DNA of 64,000 bases, taken from NCBI GenBank assembly GCA_937973555.1, contig CALJKL010000078.1, forward strand, positions 8,232 to 72,231. The letters are read 5' to 3'. Positions 28,607 through 36,982 of this stretch are shown piece after piece. The notes below the pieces were generated by a model. The model was not told the DNA's origin. It did no database searches and worked only from the letters and a program-made list of their open reading frames with translations. This stretch comes from an uncultured Flavobacteriales bacterium. Lineage in GTDB: Bacteria; Bacteroidota; Bacteroidia; Flavobacteriales; Weeksellaceae. Numbering within the stretch: the first letter of the stretch is position 1; every line of letters begins with the position of its first letter. A program made the position numbers and the translations under genes.

Positions 28607-29434
28607 TTAATCAAATTGTATATAAATTTTGTCACCCACTCTTAGTCCAAATAAAGAATTGGCTCCATTTTTATGAGTTCCTTTATAAATAGTAATTTCA
28701 AGCAATTCTTGTGCATTGAAAATAGCAGATGCTTTGCCATGATATTCTGTTTCTTTTTTCCAATCAGTAACAATGTCTGTGTATTTTCTATTGATGGTTT
28801 TCAATAGGATGTTTCTGATGTTGATTTCAAAACTTTTAAAAGAAACCATGGTTTTGTCGAATGTATTTTTGTGGATATTGGTAATGCAGTTGCCGAAATT
28901 GTCAACATACATTACTTCACCAATCAACATTTTTTCCGATTCATTAAAACTGGCGGTTGGGAATTTTATTTCCTTGTAATTTTTAATTTTTCTGCCAATA
29001 AGTTCCGGTAAACCACCATTGCTGAGATGTGCTGCCACAGGCGCGAAAATGTCTACGCTGGCAAATTTTACATCGTCATCAAATCTATTGTTGATGGTGA
29101 TTTCATAGATGGCTTCGGGCTTTTGGTCATAAAAAACCAAACTTAATAGTCCATTGTCTGCTGCTATGAAATAATGCCCATCTGCTTTTACCAAAAGATT
29201 TTTTCGGTCTTTGTGAAAAAAACTGTCCACAGAAATAATATGGATGCTTTCTTTGGGGAAATTGGTATAAGCATTTCTGATGATATAAGCGGTTTCTATC
29301 AGATTATAGGCATTAATTTCGTGGGTGATGTCTATAAGGGTAGATGGTGCATTAAGCTGTAATAGATTGCCTTTAATTGCTGCAACTCTGTGGTCTAGCA
29401 TTCCATAATCCGAGGTTAAAGTAATTACCGGCAT
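28607..29434 (-). CDS. SAM hydroxide adenosyltransferase / SAM hydrolase family (DUF62)
   Basis: The N-terminal motif ITLTSDYGMLDHRVAAIKG and the two-domain size are typical of DUF62 and fluorinase-like proteins. Confidence 0.82.
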   Translation of the reverse strand: MPVITLTSDYGMLDHRVAAIKGNLLQLNAPSTLIDITHEINAYNLIETAYIIRNAYTNFPKESIHIISVDSFFHKDRKNLLVKADGHYFIAADNGLLSLVFYDQKPEAIYEITINNRFDDDVKFASVDIFAPVAAHLSNGGLPELIGRKIKNYKEIKFPTASFNESEKMLIGEVMYVDNFGNCITNIHKNTFDKTMVSFKSFEINIRNILLKTINRKYTDIVTDWKKETEYHGKASAIFNAQELLEITIYKGTHKNGANSLFGLRVGDKIYIQFD

Positions 29435-29467
29435 TTTTTAAAATAAAAATTTGAAAAAACAAAGATA

Positions 29468-30472
29468 TTGCTTATTTTTGGTAAGATAAAATTTTTTAAA
29501 AAACAGAACAATTTGTACGAACTTACTTACGAAATTTCAGGGATTGATACTAAAACTTTTTATGGTGTTAATAATCAGTTTTTCAATCTCATAAAATCAA
29601 CATTTCCAACACTTAAAATTACCGGAAGGGATCATTTCATCTTCGCTATGGGTAATCAGGAAACCCTAGATCTTTTAAAGCAAAAACTAGACAACGTTGT
29701 CCATTATATATCAGACAATAACAGTATTGAATTAAAAGATATTGAAAATATTCTCAAGATAAAAGATGAAACCGAAAAGCAGCTGGTTTTTGACCAAGAT
29801 ATTATTGTAAAAGGGGTAAATGGCAAAGTCATTAAAGCTAAAACCACCAACCTTAAAAAACTAGTAAAAGAATCTGAGAAAAAAGATATGGTTTTCGCCA
29901 TTGGCCCTGCCGGAACAGGGAAAACCTATACCAGTGTTGCACTTGCCGTTAGAGCGTTAAAAGACAAAGAAGTAAAACGTATTATCTTAACCAGGCCGGC
30001 GGTAGAAGCTGGTGAGAGTCTCGGTTTTCTTCCAGGTGATTTAAAAGAGAAACTAGATCCTTATTTGCAGCCCTTATATGATGCATTGCGTGATATGATT
30101 CCTTTTGAAAAGTTAGAAGGATTTATGGAAAGAAAAGTAATTGAAGTAGCACCATTGGCTTTCATGAGGGGTAGAACATTGGATGAAGCCTTTGTTATTT
30201 TAGACGAGGCCCAAAATACTACGCATTCTCAAATGAAAATGTTCCTCACCAGAATGGGCATGAATGCCAAATTTATCATTACCGGGGATCCTTCGCAAGT
30301 AGATTTACCTCCTAAGCAACACTCAGGGCTAAAAGAGGCCATGCGCATTTTGAAAGATGTGAATGAAATTGGCTTTGTACATCTCACCGAAGAAGATGTG
30401 GTAAGACACCCTGTAGTGAAGAAAATTATTTTGGCCTACAATAAAGAGGAAAAAAGACAAAGAGAAGAATAA
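29468..30472 (+). CDS. phoH: PhoH-family ATPase
   Basis: Walker A GPAGTGKTY, FVILDEAQN, and ITGDPSQVDLP. The start is uncertain: 29468 is TTG, and an in-frame TTG near 29513 is possible. Confidence 0.9.
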   Translation: MLIFGKIKFFKKQNNLYELTYEISGIDTKTFYGVNNQFFNLIKSTFPTLKITGRDHFIFAMGNQETLDLLKQKLDNVVHYISDNNSIELKDIENILKIKDETEKQLVFDQDIIVKGVNGKVIKAKTTNLKKLVKESEKKDMVFAIGPAGTGKTYTSVALAVRALKDKEVKRIILTRPAVEAGESLGFLPGDLKEKLDPYLQPLYDALRDMIPFEKLEGFMERKVIEVAPLAFMRGRTLDEAFVILDEAQNTTHSQMKMFLTRMGMNAKFIITGDPSQVDLPPKQHSGLKEAMRILKDVNEIGFVHLTEEDVVRHPVVKKIILAYNKEEKRQREE

Positions 30473-30500
30473 AAAAAGAGAGGCTACACCTCTCTTTTTT
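30473..30500. terminator. bidirectional terminator between phoH and ffh
   Basis: AAAAAGAGAGG ctaca CCTCTCTTTTTT. Confidence 0.8.
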
Positions 30501-30521
30501 ATTACTAATATAGTTCAAGTT

Positions 30522-31889
30522 TTATCTTCCGAAAAGGTTGCCGCCCATTCCAGACATATTTGGCATTCCTTTGCCCATCATCTGCATCAGTTGTTTTCCT
30601 TGTGGACCTTGCATCATTTTCATCATTTTGCCCATTTGTTCAAACTGTTTCATTAACGCATTTACATCTTCCAGTTTTCTACCACTACCTTTCGCAATAC
30701 GTTGTTTTCTTGGCATATTGATGATAGAAGGTCTTCTTCTTTCGTCAGGCGTCATAGAGTGGATGATGGCCTCAATGTGTTTGAAGGCGTCATCATTAAT
30801 ATCTACATCTTTTATGGCTTTTCCTACGCCTGGCAACATGCCCATCAAGTCTTTCATATTCCCCATTTTTTTGATTTGTTGAATCTGTTTCAAGAAATCA
30901 TCAAAACCGAATTCATTTTTGGCGATTTTTTTATGAAGTTTTTTTGCTTCTTCTTCGTCAAATTGCTCTTGTGCTCTTTCTACCAAGGAAACTACGTCTC
31001 CCATTCCTAGAATTCTGTCGGCCATCCTTTCTGGGTAGAAAAGGTCTAGCGCTTCCATTTTTTCTCCGGTAGAAATAAATTTAATTGGCTTATTAACTAC
31101 AGAACGAATAGTAAGCGCAGCACCACCTCTAGTGTCCCCGTCTAATTTGGTCAATACCACCCCGTTGTAATCCAAAATATTATTGAACGCCAATGCGGTG
31201 TTTACTGCATCTTGTCCTGTCATGGCATCTACCACAAAAAGCGTTTCGGTAGGTTTTACCGCTTGATGAACATTTCTGATTTCGTTCATCATAGCTTCAT
31301 CAATCGCCAAACGTCCGGCAGTATCTATAATGATGACATCATGTTTGTTTTGCTTTGCAAATTGGATCGCATTTTGAGAAATCTCAACCGGATTTTTATT
31401 TTCAGCTTCTTTGTAAATGGTAACGCCTACCTGTTCTGCTAAGACCGTCAACTGGTCTATCGCAGCAGGTCTGTAAACGTCACAAGCTACCAAAAGAGGA
31501 TTTTTACTTCTTTTCTCTTTAAGATAGTTAGCTAATTTTCCTGAAAAAGTGGTCTTACCAGAACCTTGTAGACCTGCAATAAGGATGATAGAAGGGTTAA
31601 CGGAGATGTTAATACCTTCTTGCGTACGACCCATTAACTCTACCAATTCGTCATGAACAATTTTCGTCATCAATTGTCCTGGGGTAATTGAGGTCAGTAC
31701 ATTTTCACCAATGGCTTTATCCTGAACTCTTTTCGTAAGGTCTTTCGCAACTTTATAATTTACATCGGCATCTACCAATGCACGGCGGATTTCCTTCACC
31801 GTCTCTGCAACGTTGATTTCTGTAATCTTTCCGCGTCCCTGCAAATTTTGCAGTGCTTTATCTAATTTGTCTTGTAAACTATTGAACAT
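30522..31889 (-). CDS. ffh: signal recognition particle protein
   Basis: NG domain (GLQGSGKTT, DTAGR, TKLDGD) and a Met-rich M domain. Confidence 0.97.
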   Translation of the reverse strand: MFNSLQDKLDKALQNLQGRGKITEINVAETVKEIRRALVDADVNYKVAKDLTKRVQDKAIGENVLTSITPGQLMTKIVHDELVELMGRTQEGINISVNPSIILIAGLQGSGKTTFSGKLANYLKEKRSKNPLLVACDVYRPAAIDQLTVLAEQVGVTIYKEAENKNPVEISQNAIQFAKQNKHDVIIIDTAGRLAIDEAMMNEIRNVHQAVKPTETLFVVDAMTGQDAVNTALAFNNILDYNGVVLTKLDGDTRGGAALTIRSVVNKPIKFISTGEKMEALDLFYPERMADRILGMGDVVSLVERAQEQFDEEEAKKLHKKIAKNEFGFDDFLKQIQQIKKMGNMKDLMGMLPGVGKAIKDVDINDDAFKHIEAIIHSMTPDERRRPSIINMPRKQRIAKGSGRKLEDVNALMKQFEQMGKMMKMMQGPQGKQLMQMMGKGMPNMSGMGGNLFGR

Positions 31890-31909
31890 ATTTGTGGATA
31901 TAAAGTTTG

Positions 31910-31917
31910 CAAAAATA
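31910..31917 (-). promoter_or_regulatory. candidate -7 box (TATTTTTG on minus strand) for ffh
   Basis: CAAAAATA on the plus strand, 20 nt upstream of ATG 31889. Confidence 0.45.
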
Positions 31918-31974
31918 AGGAAATTTTAAAGAATTTAAAACGAAAACTTCTACACTTGTATAGCAGATAATCAT

Positions 31975-31982
31975 TATTTTTG
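31975..31982 (+). promoter_or_regulatory. candidate -7 box (TATTTTTG) for atpZ
   Basis: Matches TAnnTTTG and lies 13 nt upstream of ATG 31996. Confidence 0.4.
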
Positions 31983-31995
31983 TAAAAATTAAAAA

Positions 31996-32259
31996 ATGCC
32001 TGAAGAAAATCCAAAAAAACAAGAATTCAGTAAAGAAGATGAAAAAGGATATAAGCAAAGTCCTTTTCGCCAATACGGCGTTTATTCTTCTATTGTTTTC
32101 CAAATGTTGGCCATTATTGCACTCGGCTTTTGGGGAGGAAAAAAACTGAATGACTATTTTGAAATCAAAAATAATCTTCTCACTGTAGGAATTGGTTTTA
32201 TAGGACTTGGGCTTGCTCTATACAATACGTTAAAACAATTAGAAAACCTTAACAAATAA
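31996..32259 (+). CDS. AtpZ/AtpI-family small membrane protein
   Basis: 87 aa with two TM helices, located at the head of the atp operon. Confidence 0.65.
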   Translation: MPEENPKKQEFSKEDEKGYKQSPFRQYGVYSSIVFQMLAIIALGFWGGKKLNDYFEIKNNLLTVGIGFIGLGLALYNTLKQLENLNK

Positions 32260-32264
32260 AAATA

Positions 32265-32636
32265 ATGAAAATCAAAGGAAATACTATTTATATTTTATTG
32301 TTTATCGCCTTGTTTTTTTTGCATTTTTTTATCTGGCAAACATGGGTTAAAGATTTTGAAATTGTTTTCGTTAAATACTATCTTTTTCTTACTGTTCTCT
32401 TTATGATGGTGCTTACCATATTGTCCATTATTAAAAAAATATATCCGGAATATATAGGGTTTACTTTTCTGGGTTTATTGATGTTTAAATTGACAATTAT
32501 GTTTCTAGTAATGAAGAAGTTGCATCTTTCGGAGGTTCCTGATTATAGGTATCATTTTATACCCCCTTATCTTATTTCTCTTTTGCTGGAAACATTATAC
32601 GCTATTAATTTGATTCAGTCAAAAGAAAATAACTGA
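32265..32636 (+). CDS. hypothetical four-helix membrane protein in atp operon leader position
   Basis: 123-aa, very hydrophobic ORF, 5 nt after atpZ. I recognise no motif. Confidence 0.5.
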   Translation: MKIKGNTIYILLFIALFFLHFFIWQTWVKDFEIVFVKYYLFLTVLFMMVLTILSIIKKIYPEYIGFTFLGLLMFKLTIMFLVMKKLHLSEVPDYRYHFIPPYLISLLLETLYAINLIQSKENN

Positions 32637-32668
32637 TTTTTATCATTGTGAAATTTGTTTTTTTATTC

Positions 32669-32676
32669 TATTTTTG
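32669..32676 (+). promoter_or_regulatory. candidate internal -7 box (TATTTTTG) directly upstream of atpB
   Basis: Matches TAnnTTTG and lies 26 nt upstream of ATG 32703. Confidence 0.45.
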
Positions 32677-32702
32677 CAAAACTTAAAAAAAATCATAAAT
32701 CA

Positions 32703-33863
32703 ATGCTGAAAAGAGTAGTTCTAATCATCGGTTTTTTATCATCATTTTCGGTTTCTTTTGCGCAACATCATGCAGCAACTGAGGCTCCTCAGGCAGCTAC
32801 AGAAACTAAGGTTCTCAGTGCAGAAGAACAGGAAAAAGAAAAAGTAAAAGAAGAAAATAAGGAGTTTATCGCTCATCACTTGTTAGATGCTCACAGTTTT
32901 GATATCATGGTGGAGAAGAAAGCAGATGGTACAGAACACCATATCGGCTTTCCACTTCCTGTAATTTTCTATGACAAATCAAATGGTTTCCATTATTTCA
33001 TGAGTTCTGAATTCCACCACGGAAAAGAACTTCAGGATGCTCATGGTGCAAAATACCAAGTGGTAGAAAGCAATGGAAGTTACTATGCACTTCACCACGA
33101 AAAAATCTTGAAAACGGATGCCAATGGTACTTTAAAAATCAACGAGGCAGGTCACGCAGAAAACGAACAAGTTTTGGATTTATCTATTACTAAAAGTGTT
33201 TTGATGATTTTGGTAACAGCTTTCTTGTTGTTGTTGATTTTCGGTTCTATGGCTAGAAACTATAAGAAATCTTTAGTGCCTTCAGGTGCTGGTAAATATT
33301 TCGAACCTTTAGTACTTTTCGTAAGAGACGAAATTGCTAAGCCAAATATCGGCCCTAAATACGGAAAATATATGCCTTATTTATTAACGGTGTTTTTCTT
33401 TATCTTGTTCCTGAATATTTTTGGTTTAATGCCTTTCGGAATTAATGTTACAGGTAATATTGCTATTACAGTAGCTTTGGCATTACTTACATTTATATTG
33501 ACACAATTTACTGCCAATAAAAATTATTGGGGACATATTTTCTGGATGCCAGGTTTGCCTTGGCCAATGAAACTGATCATGATGCCAATAGAAATTTTAG
33601 GGGTGTTCATTAAGCCTTTTGCATTGTTGATACGTCTCTTTGCTAATATGTCTGCTGGGCACATTGTAGTAATGAGCTTAATCAGTTTAATATTTGTATT
33701 TAAAAATATTATTGCTGGAGTTGCTTTCCCATTCTTAACATTCATTATTTACCTATTAGAAGTATTGGTAGCGTTTTTACAGGCGTATATCTTTACCATG
33801 CTTTCTTCTGTGTATTTCGGAATGGCTAATGAAGAGCATCACCACGACGAGGCACATCATTAA
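32703..33863 (+). CDS. atpB: F0F1 ATP synthase subunit a, with long His-rich N-terminal extension
   Basis: Conserved C-terminal region LIRLFANMSAGH (essential Arg) and LQAYIFTML. The start is set at MLKRVV (32703), downstream of the -7 box. Confidence 0.92.
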   Translation: MLKRVVLIIGFLSSFSVSFAQHHAATEAPQAATETKVLSAEEQEKEKVKEENKEFIAHHLLDAHSFDIMVEKKADGTEHHIGFPLPVIFYDKSNGFHYFMSSEFHHGKELQDAHGAKYQVVESNGSYYALHHEKILKTDANGTLKINEAGHAENEQVLDLSITKSVLMILVTAFLLLLIFGSMARNYKKSLVPSGAGKYFEPLVLFVRDEIAKPNIGPKYGKYMPYLLTVFFFILFLNIFGLMPFGINVTGNIAITVALALLTFILTQFTANKNYWGHIFWMPGLPWPMKLIMMPIEILGVFIKPFALLIRLFANMSAGHIVVMSLISLIFVFKNIIAGVAFPFLTFIIYLLEVLVAFLQAYIFTMLSSVYFGMANEEHHHDEAHH

Positions 33864-33898
33864 TAAGTACAAAGTAAAAAATAAAAAGTAAAAAGTCA
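33864..33898 (+). repeat. five phased heptamers (TAAGTAC AAAGTAA AAAATAA AAAGTAA AAAGTCA)
   Basis: Read directly from the sequence; the array starts right after the atpB stop. Confidence 0.8.
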
Positions 33899-33956
33899 CT
33901 CTGAGTTTGTAGAAGAGTTGACTTAAAATAGAAACTAATTTTTAAAATTATATATT

Positions 33957-34151
33957 ATGGAAATGCCAAAAATCATTGGTGCAGGTTTAGTAGTAATCGG
34001 AACAGGTATTGGTATCGGTAAAATCGGTGCTGCTGCTTTAGAAGGTATGGCTAGACAACCTGAACAAGCTGGTAAACTTCAAACTGCGATGTTGATCGCT
34101 GCTGCACTTGTAGAAGGTGTTGCATTTGCTGCTTTATTTGCAGTAAACTAA
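33957..34151 (+). CDS. atpE: F0F1 ATP synthase subunit c
   Basis: 64-aa hairpin protein with a GxGxGxG helix, an RQPE loop, and a carboxylate in LVEGVA. Confidence 0.95.
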   Translation: MEMPKIIGAGLVVIGTGIGIGKIGAAALEGMARQPEQAGKLQTAMLIAAALVEGVAFAALFAVN

Positions 34152-34172
34152 GAAGCTTACACAAAAGAATTG

Positions 34173-34212
34173 CATTGACCGGCAACGGTTGGTTACGGTC
34201 AATGTTTTTTTT
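34173..34212 (+). terminator. terminator-like hairpin inside the atp operon (after atpE)
   Basis: CATTGACCG (34173-34181) pairs perfectly with CGGTCAATG (34196-34204) and is followed by T8. Confidence 0.65.
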
Positions 34213-34259
34213 AAACTAATTTTAAAAAATAAATAAAACAATATAATTCCTAAATATTT

Positions 34260-34760
34260 ATGGAAAATCTAATTAGCCAATTTTCATCAGGTCTTTTTTT
34301 AATTCAGACTGTAATTTTTTTGGTATTGCTTTTCGTTTTGGCAAAATTTGCTTGGAAACCAATTCTTAATGCAGTAAATGAAAGAGAAGTGTCTATTCAG
34401 GATGCTCTTAATCAGGCAAAACTTGCTAAACAAGAAATGGCAGACCTTAAGGCAGACAACGAGAGAATTATCCGTGAAGCGAAAGTAGAGCGTGATGCTA
34501 TCTTGAAAGAAGCTAGAGAATTGAAAGACAAAATTGTAGGTGAGGCCAAAGATGCTGCAAAAGCAGAAGGTGATAAAATTATTGAGCAAGCAAAACAATC
34601 TATTGCTGCTGAAAAATCTGCTGCTATGGCAGAAATTAAAACCCAAATTGGTACTCTTTCTGTAGAAATTGCAGAAACCATCTTAAAGCAAAAATTAGAT
34701 AATACGGAAGCGCACAATGCTTTGGTAGAAAACATCATTAATAAATCTAACTTAAACTAA
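34260..34760 (+). CDS. atpF: F0F1 ATP synthase subunit b
   Basis: N-terminal TM helix followed by a long charged Ala/Glu/Lys helix, in the operon position expected for atpF. Confidence 0.9.
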   Translation: MENLISQFSSGLFLIQTVIFLVLLFVLAKFAWKPILNAVNEREVSIQDALNQAKLAKQEMADLKADNERIIREAKVERDAILKEARELKDKIVGEAKDAAKAEGDKIIEQAKQSIAAEKSAAMAEIKTQIGTLSVEIAETILKQKLDNTEAHNALVENIINKSNLN

Positions 34761-34761
34761 T

Positions 34762-35301
34762 ATGCTTACATCTAAAGTAGCAAAAAGATATGCACAAGGT
34801 TTACTAGACTTTACACAAGAGTCTGGTAACACTGCTTCTGTATTCGCTGAGATGAAAGATGTAGTAAAGATTATCAATGATTCTAAAGAATTAAAGAACT
34901 TCTTTGCTTCTCCTATTATAGATGCCAAAAAGAAAGCCAACGCTGCTGCTGAGATTTTTACAAAATTTTCTCCGGTAAGCAAAAACTTAATCGCTTTGGT
35001 GATCAAACAAGGAAGAGAAAGTCATCTCCAGGATATTGCACAAGAATTCATCAATAAAGTAGAAGATTTACAAGGGGTACAGAGAGTAACTCTTACAGTG
35101 GCTTCAGAATTGTCTCAAAGCAATGTAGATGCTATCGTTAAGTCTTCTTCATTGGTAGATCAATCTAAGAATTTTGATTTAAAAACCATCGTTAATTCAG
35201 AGATTATTGGTGGCTATATCTTAAGAGTGGGAGACCAACAAGTAGATACTTCTGTGAGAACACAGTTGGGTCAGGTGAAAAAAGAATTTCAATTAAACTA
35301 A
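34762..35301 (+). CDS. atpH: F0F1 ATP synthase subunit delta (OSCP)
   Basis: 179 aa; OSCP-like N-terminus (VAKRYAQGLLDF) and a C-terminal IIGGYILRVGDQQVDTSV. Confidence 0.9.
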   Translation: MLTSKVAKRYAQGLLDFTQESGNTASVFAEMKDVVKIINDSKELKNFFASPIIDAKKKANAAAEIFTKFSPVSKNLIALVIKQGRESHLQDIAQEFINKVEDLQGVQRVTLTVASELSQSNVDAIVKSSSLVDQSKNFDLKTIVNSEIIGGYILRVGDQQVDTSVRTQLGQVKKEFQLN

Positions 35302-35318
35302 GTTAAAACAACCATAAA

Positions 35319-36896
35319 ATGGCAGAAATAAATCCGGCTGAAGTTTCAGCAATTTTAAAACAACAATTAGCCAATTTCGAGACACAAACTAATGTGGAAG
35401 AAGTTGGTACAGTATTACAAATTGGAGACGGTATTGCACTTGTTTACGGTTTAGAAAATGTACAATACGGAGAATTGGTAAAATTCGAATCAGGAATTGA
35501 AGGTATTGTATTGAATCTTGCAGAAGACAACGTAGGGGTTGCACTTTTGGGAGAGTCTAAACAAGTAAAAGAAGGAGATACAGTAAGAAGAACTCAAAGA
35601 ATCTCTTCTATCAGAGTGGGAGAAGGAATGCTAGGAAGAGTAGTAGATACTCTTGGTAATCCTATCGATGGTAAAGGACCAATTGCTGGTGATCTTTACG
35701 AAATGCCACTTGAAAGAAAAGCACCTGGGGTAATTTTCCGTCAACCGGTAAACGAACCTCTTCAAACAGGTATCGTAGCCATTGACTCTATGATCCCAAT
35801 CGGTAGAGGACAAAGAGAGTTAATCATTGGAGATAGACAAACAGGTAAAACTACAGTTGCTATTGACACTATTTTGAACCAAAAAGAGTTTTATGATGCG
35901 GGTGAACCAGTATTTTGTATCTACGTTGCTGTAGGACAAAAAGGATCTACCGTTGCACAAATCGTAAAAACATTAGAAGATAAAGGAGCAATGGCTTATA
36001 CTGTAGTAGTAGCAGCTAACGCATCAGACCCTTCTCCAATGCAGGTATATGCGCCAATGGCGGGTGCTGCCATCGGAGAATATTTCAGAGATACAGGTAG
36101 ACCTGCTTTAATCATCTATGATGATTTATCAAAACAAGCAGTTGCTTACCGTGAGCTTTCTCTTTTATTAAGAAGACCACCGGGCCGTGAGGCTTATCCT
36201 GGAGACGTTTTCTATCTTCACTCAAGATTGTTAGAAAGAGCAGCTAAAGTGATTAAGGATGATACTATTGCAGCTCAAATGAATGACTTACCAGAAGCTT
36301 TGAAAGGAAAAGTGAAAGGTGGAGGTTCATTAACGGCACTTCCAATCATTGAAACTCAAGCAGGTGACGTATCTGCTTATATCCCTACCAACGTAATCTC
36401 TATTACAGACGGACAGATCTTCCTAGAGTCAGATTTATTCAACTCAGGGGTAAGACCAGCGATTAACGTAGGGATCTCTGTATCTAGAGTAGGTGGTAAC
36501 GCGCAGATTAAATCAATGAAAAAAGTATCTGGTACTTTGAAATTAGACCAGGCTCAATACAAAGAATTAGAAGCATTTGCTAAATTTGGTTCAGACCTAG
36601 ATGCTGCTACTTTAGCGGTAATCGCAAAAGGGGAAAGAAACGTGGAAATTCTTAAGCAACCAGTTAACTCGCCACTTCCGGTTGAGTCTCAGGTAGCAAT
36701 GATTTATGCTGGTACAGAAAACTTATTGAGAAATGTACCGATTAGAAAGGTAAAAGAATTCCAAGTAGAATATGTAGATTTCTTGAAAAACAAACACCCA
36801 GAAGTAATGTCTGCGCTGAAAGCAGGTAAAATTGATGATCAATTGACTGGTGTTTTAAAACAAGTAGCTACAGATTTAGCTGCAAAATATAACTAA
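35319..36896 (+). CDS. atpA: F0F1 ATP synthase subunit alpha
   Basis: Walker A GDRQTGKT, and conserved blocks [46 protein letters not shown]. Confidence 0.98.
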   Translation: MAEINPAEVSAILKQQLANFETQTNVEEVGTVLQIGDGIALVYGLENVQYGELVKFESGIEGIVLNLAEDNVGVALLGESKQVKEGDTVRRTQRISSIRVGEGMLGRVVDTLGNPIDGKGPIAGDLYEMPLERKAPGVIFRQPVNEPLQTGIVAIDSMIPIGRGQRELIIGDRQTGKTTVAIDTILNQKEFYDAGEPVFCIYVAVGQKGSTVAQIVKTLEDKGAMAYTVVVAANASDPSPMQVYAPMAGAAIGEYFRDTGRPALIIYDDLSKQAVAYRELSLLLRRPPGREAYPGDVFYLHSRLLERAAKVIKDDTIAAQMNDLPEALKGKVKGGGSLTALPIIETQAGDVSAYIPTNVISITDGQIFLESDLFNSGVRPAINVGISVSRVGGNAQIKSMKKVSGTLKLDQAQYKELEAFAKFGSDLDAATLAVIAKGERNVEILKQPVNSPLPVESQVAMIYAGTENLLRNVPIRKVKEFQVEYVDFLKNKHPEVMSALKAGKIDDQLTGVLKQVATDLAAKYN

Positions 36897-36900
36897 AAAT

Positions 36901-36975
36901 TAGTTGAGGGTTGTTGGCTGGTAGTTGACAGAATTTTCTAAAACTAGCAACCAACAACTGACAACCAACAACTAA
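36901..36975 (+). repeat. long imperfect hairpin; right arm is a 14-nt tandem repeat (CAACCAACAACTGA / CAACCAACAACTAA, 36948-36975)
   Basis: The GT-rich left arm (36901-36927) pairs with the AC-rich right arm at 22 of 27 positions (20 Watson-Crick, 2 G:U). The structure ends 8 nt before the atpG ATG. Confidence 0.75.
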
Positions 36976-36982
36976 CTTAAAT

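Noticed and set aside
30522-30640. Met/Gly-rich low-complexity tail of Ffh (MMKMMQGPQGKQLMQMMGKGMPNMSGMGG).
   Set aside because: This is a normal feature of the SRP54 M domain C-terminus.
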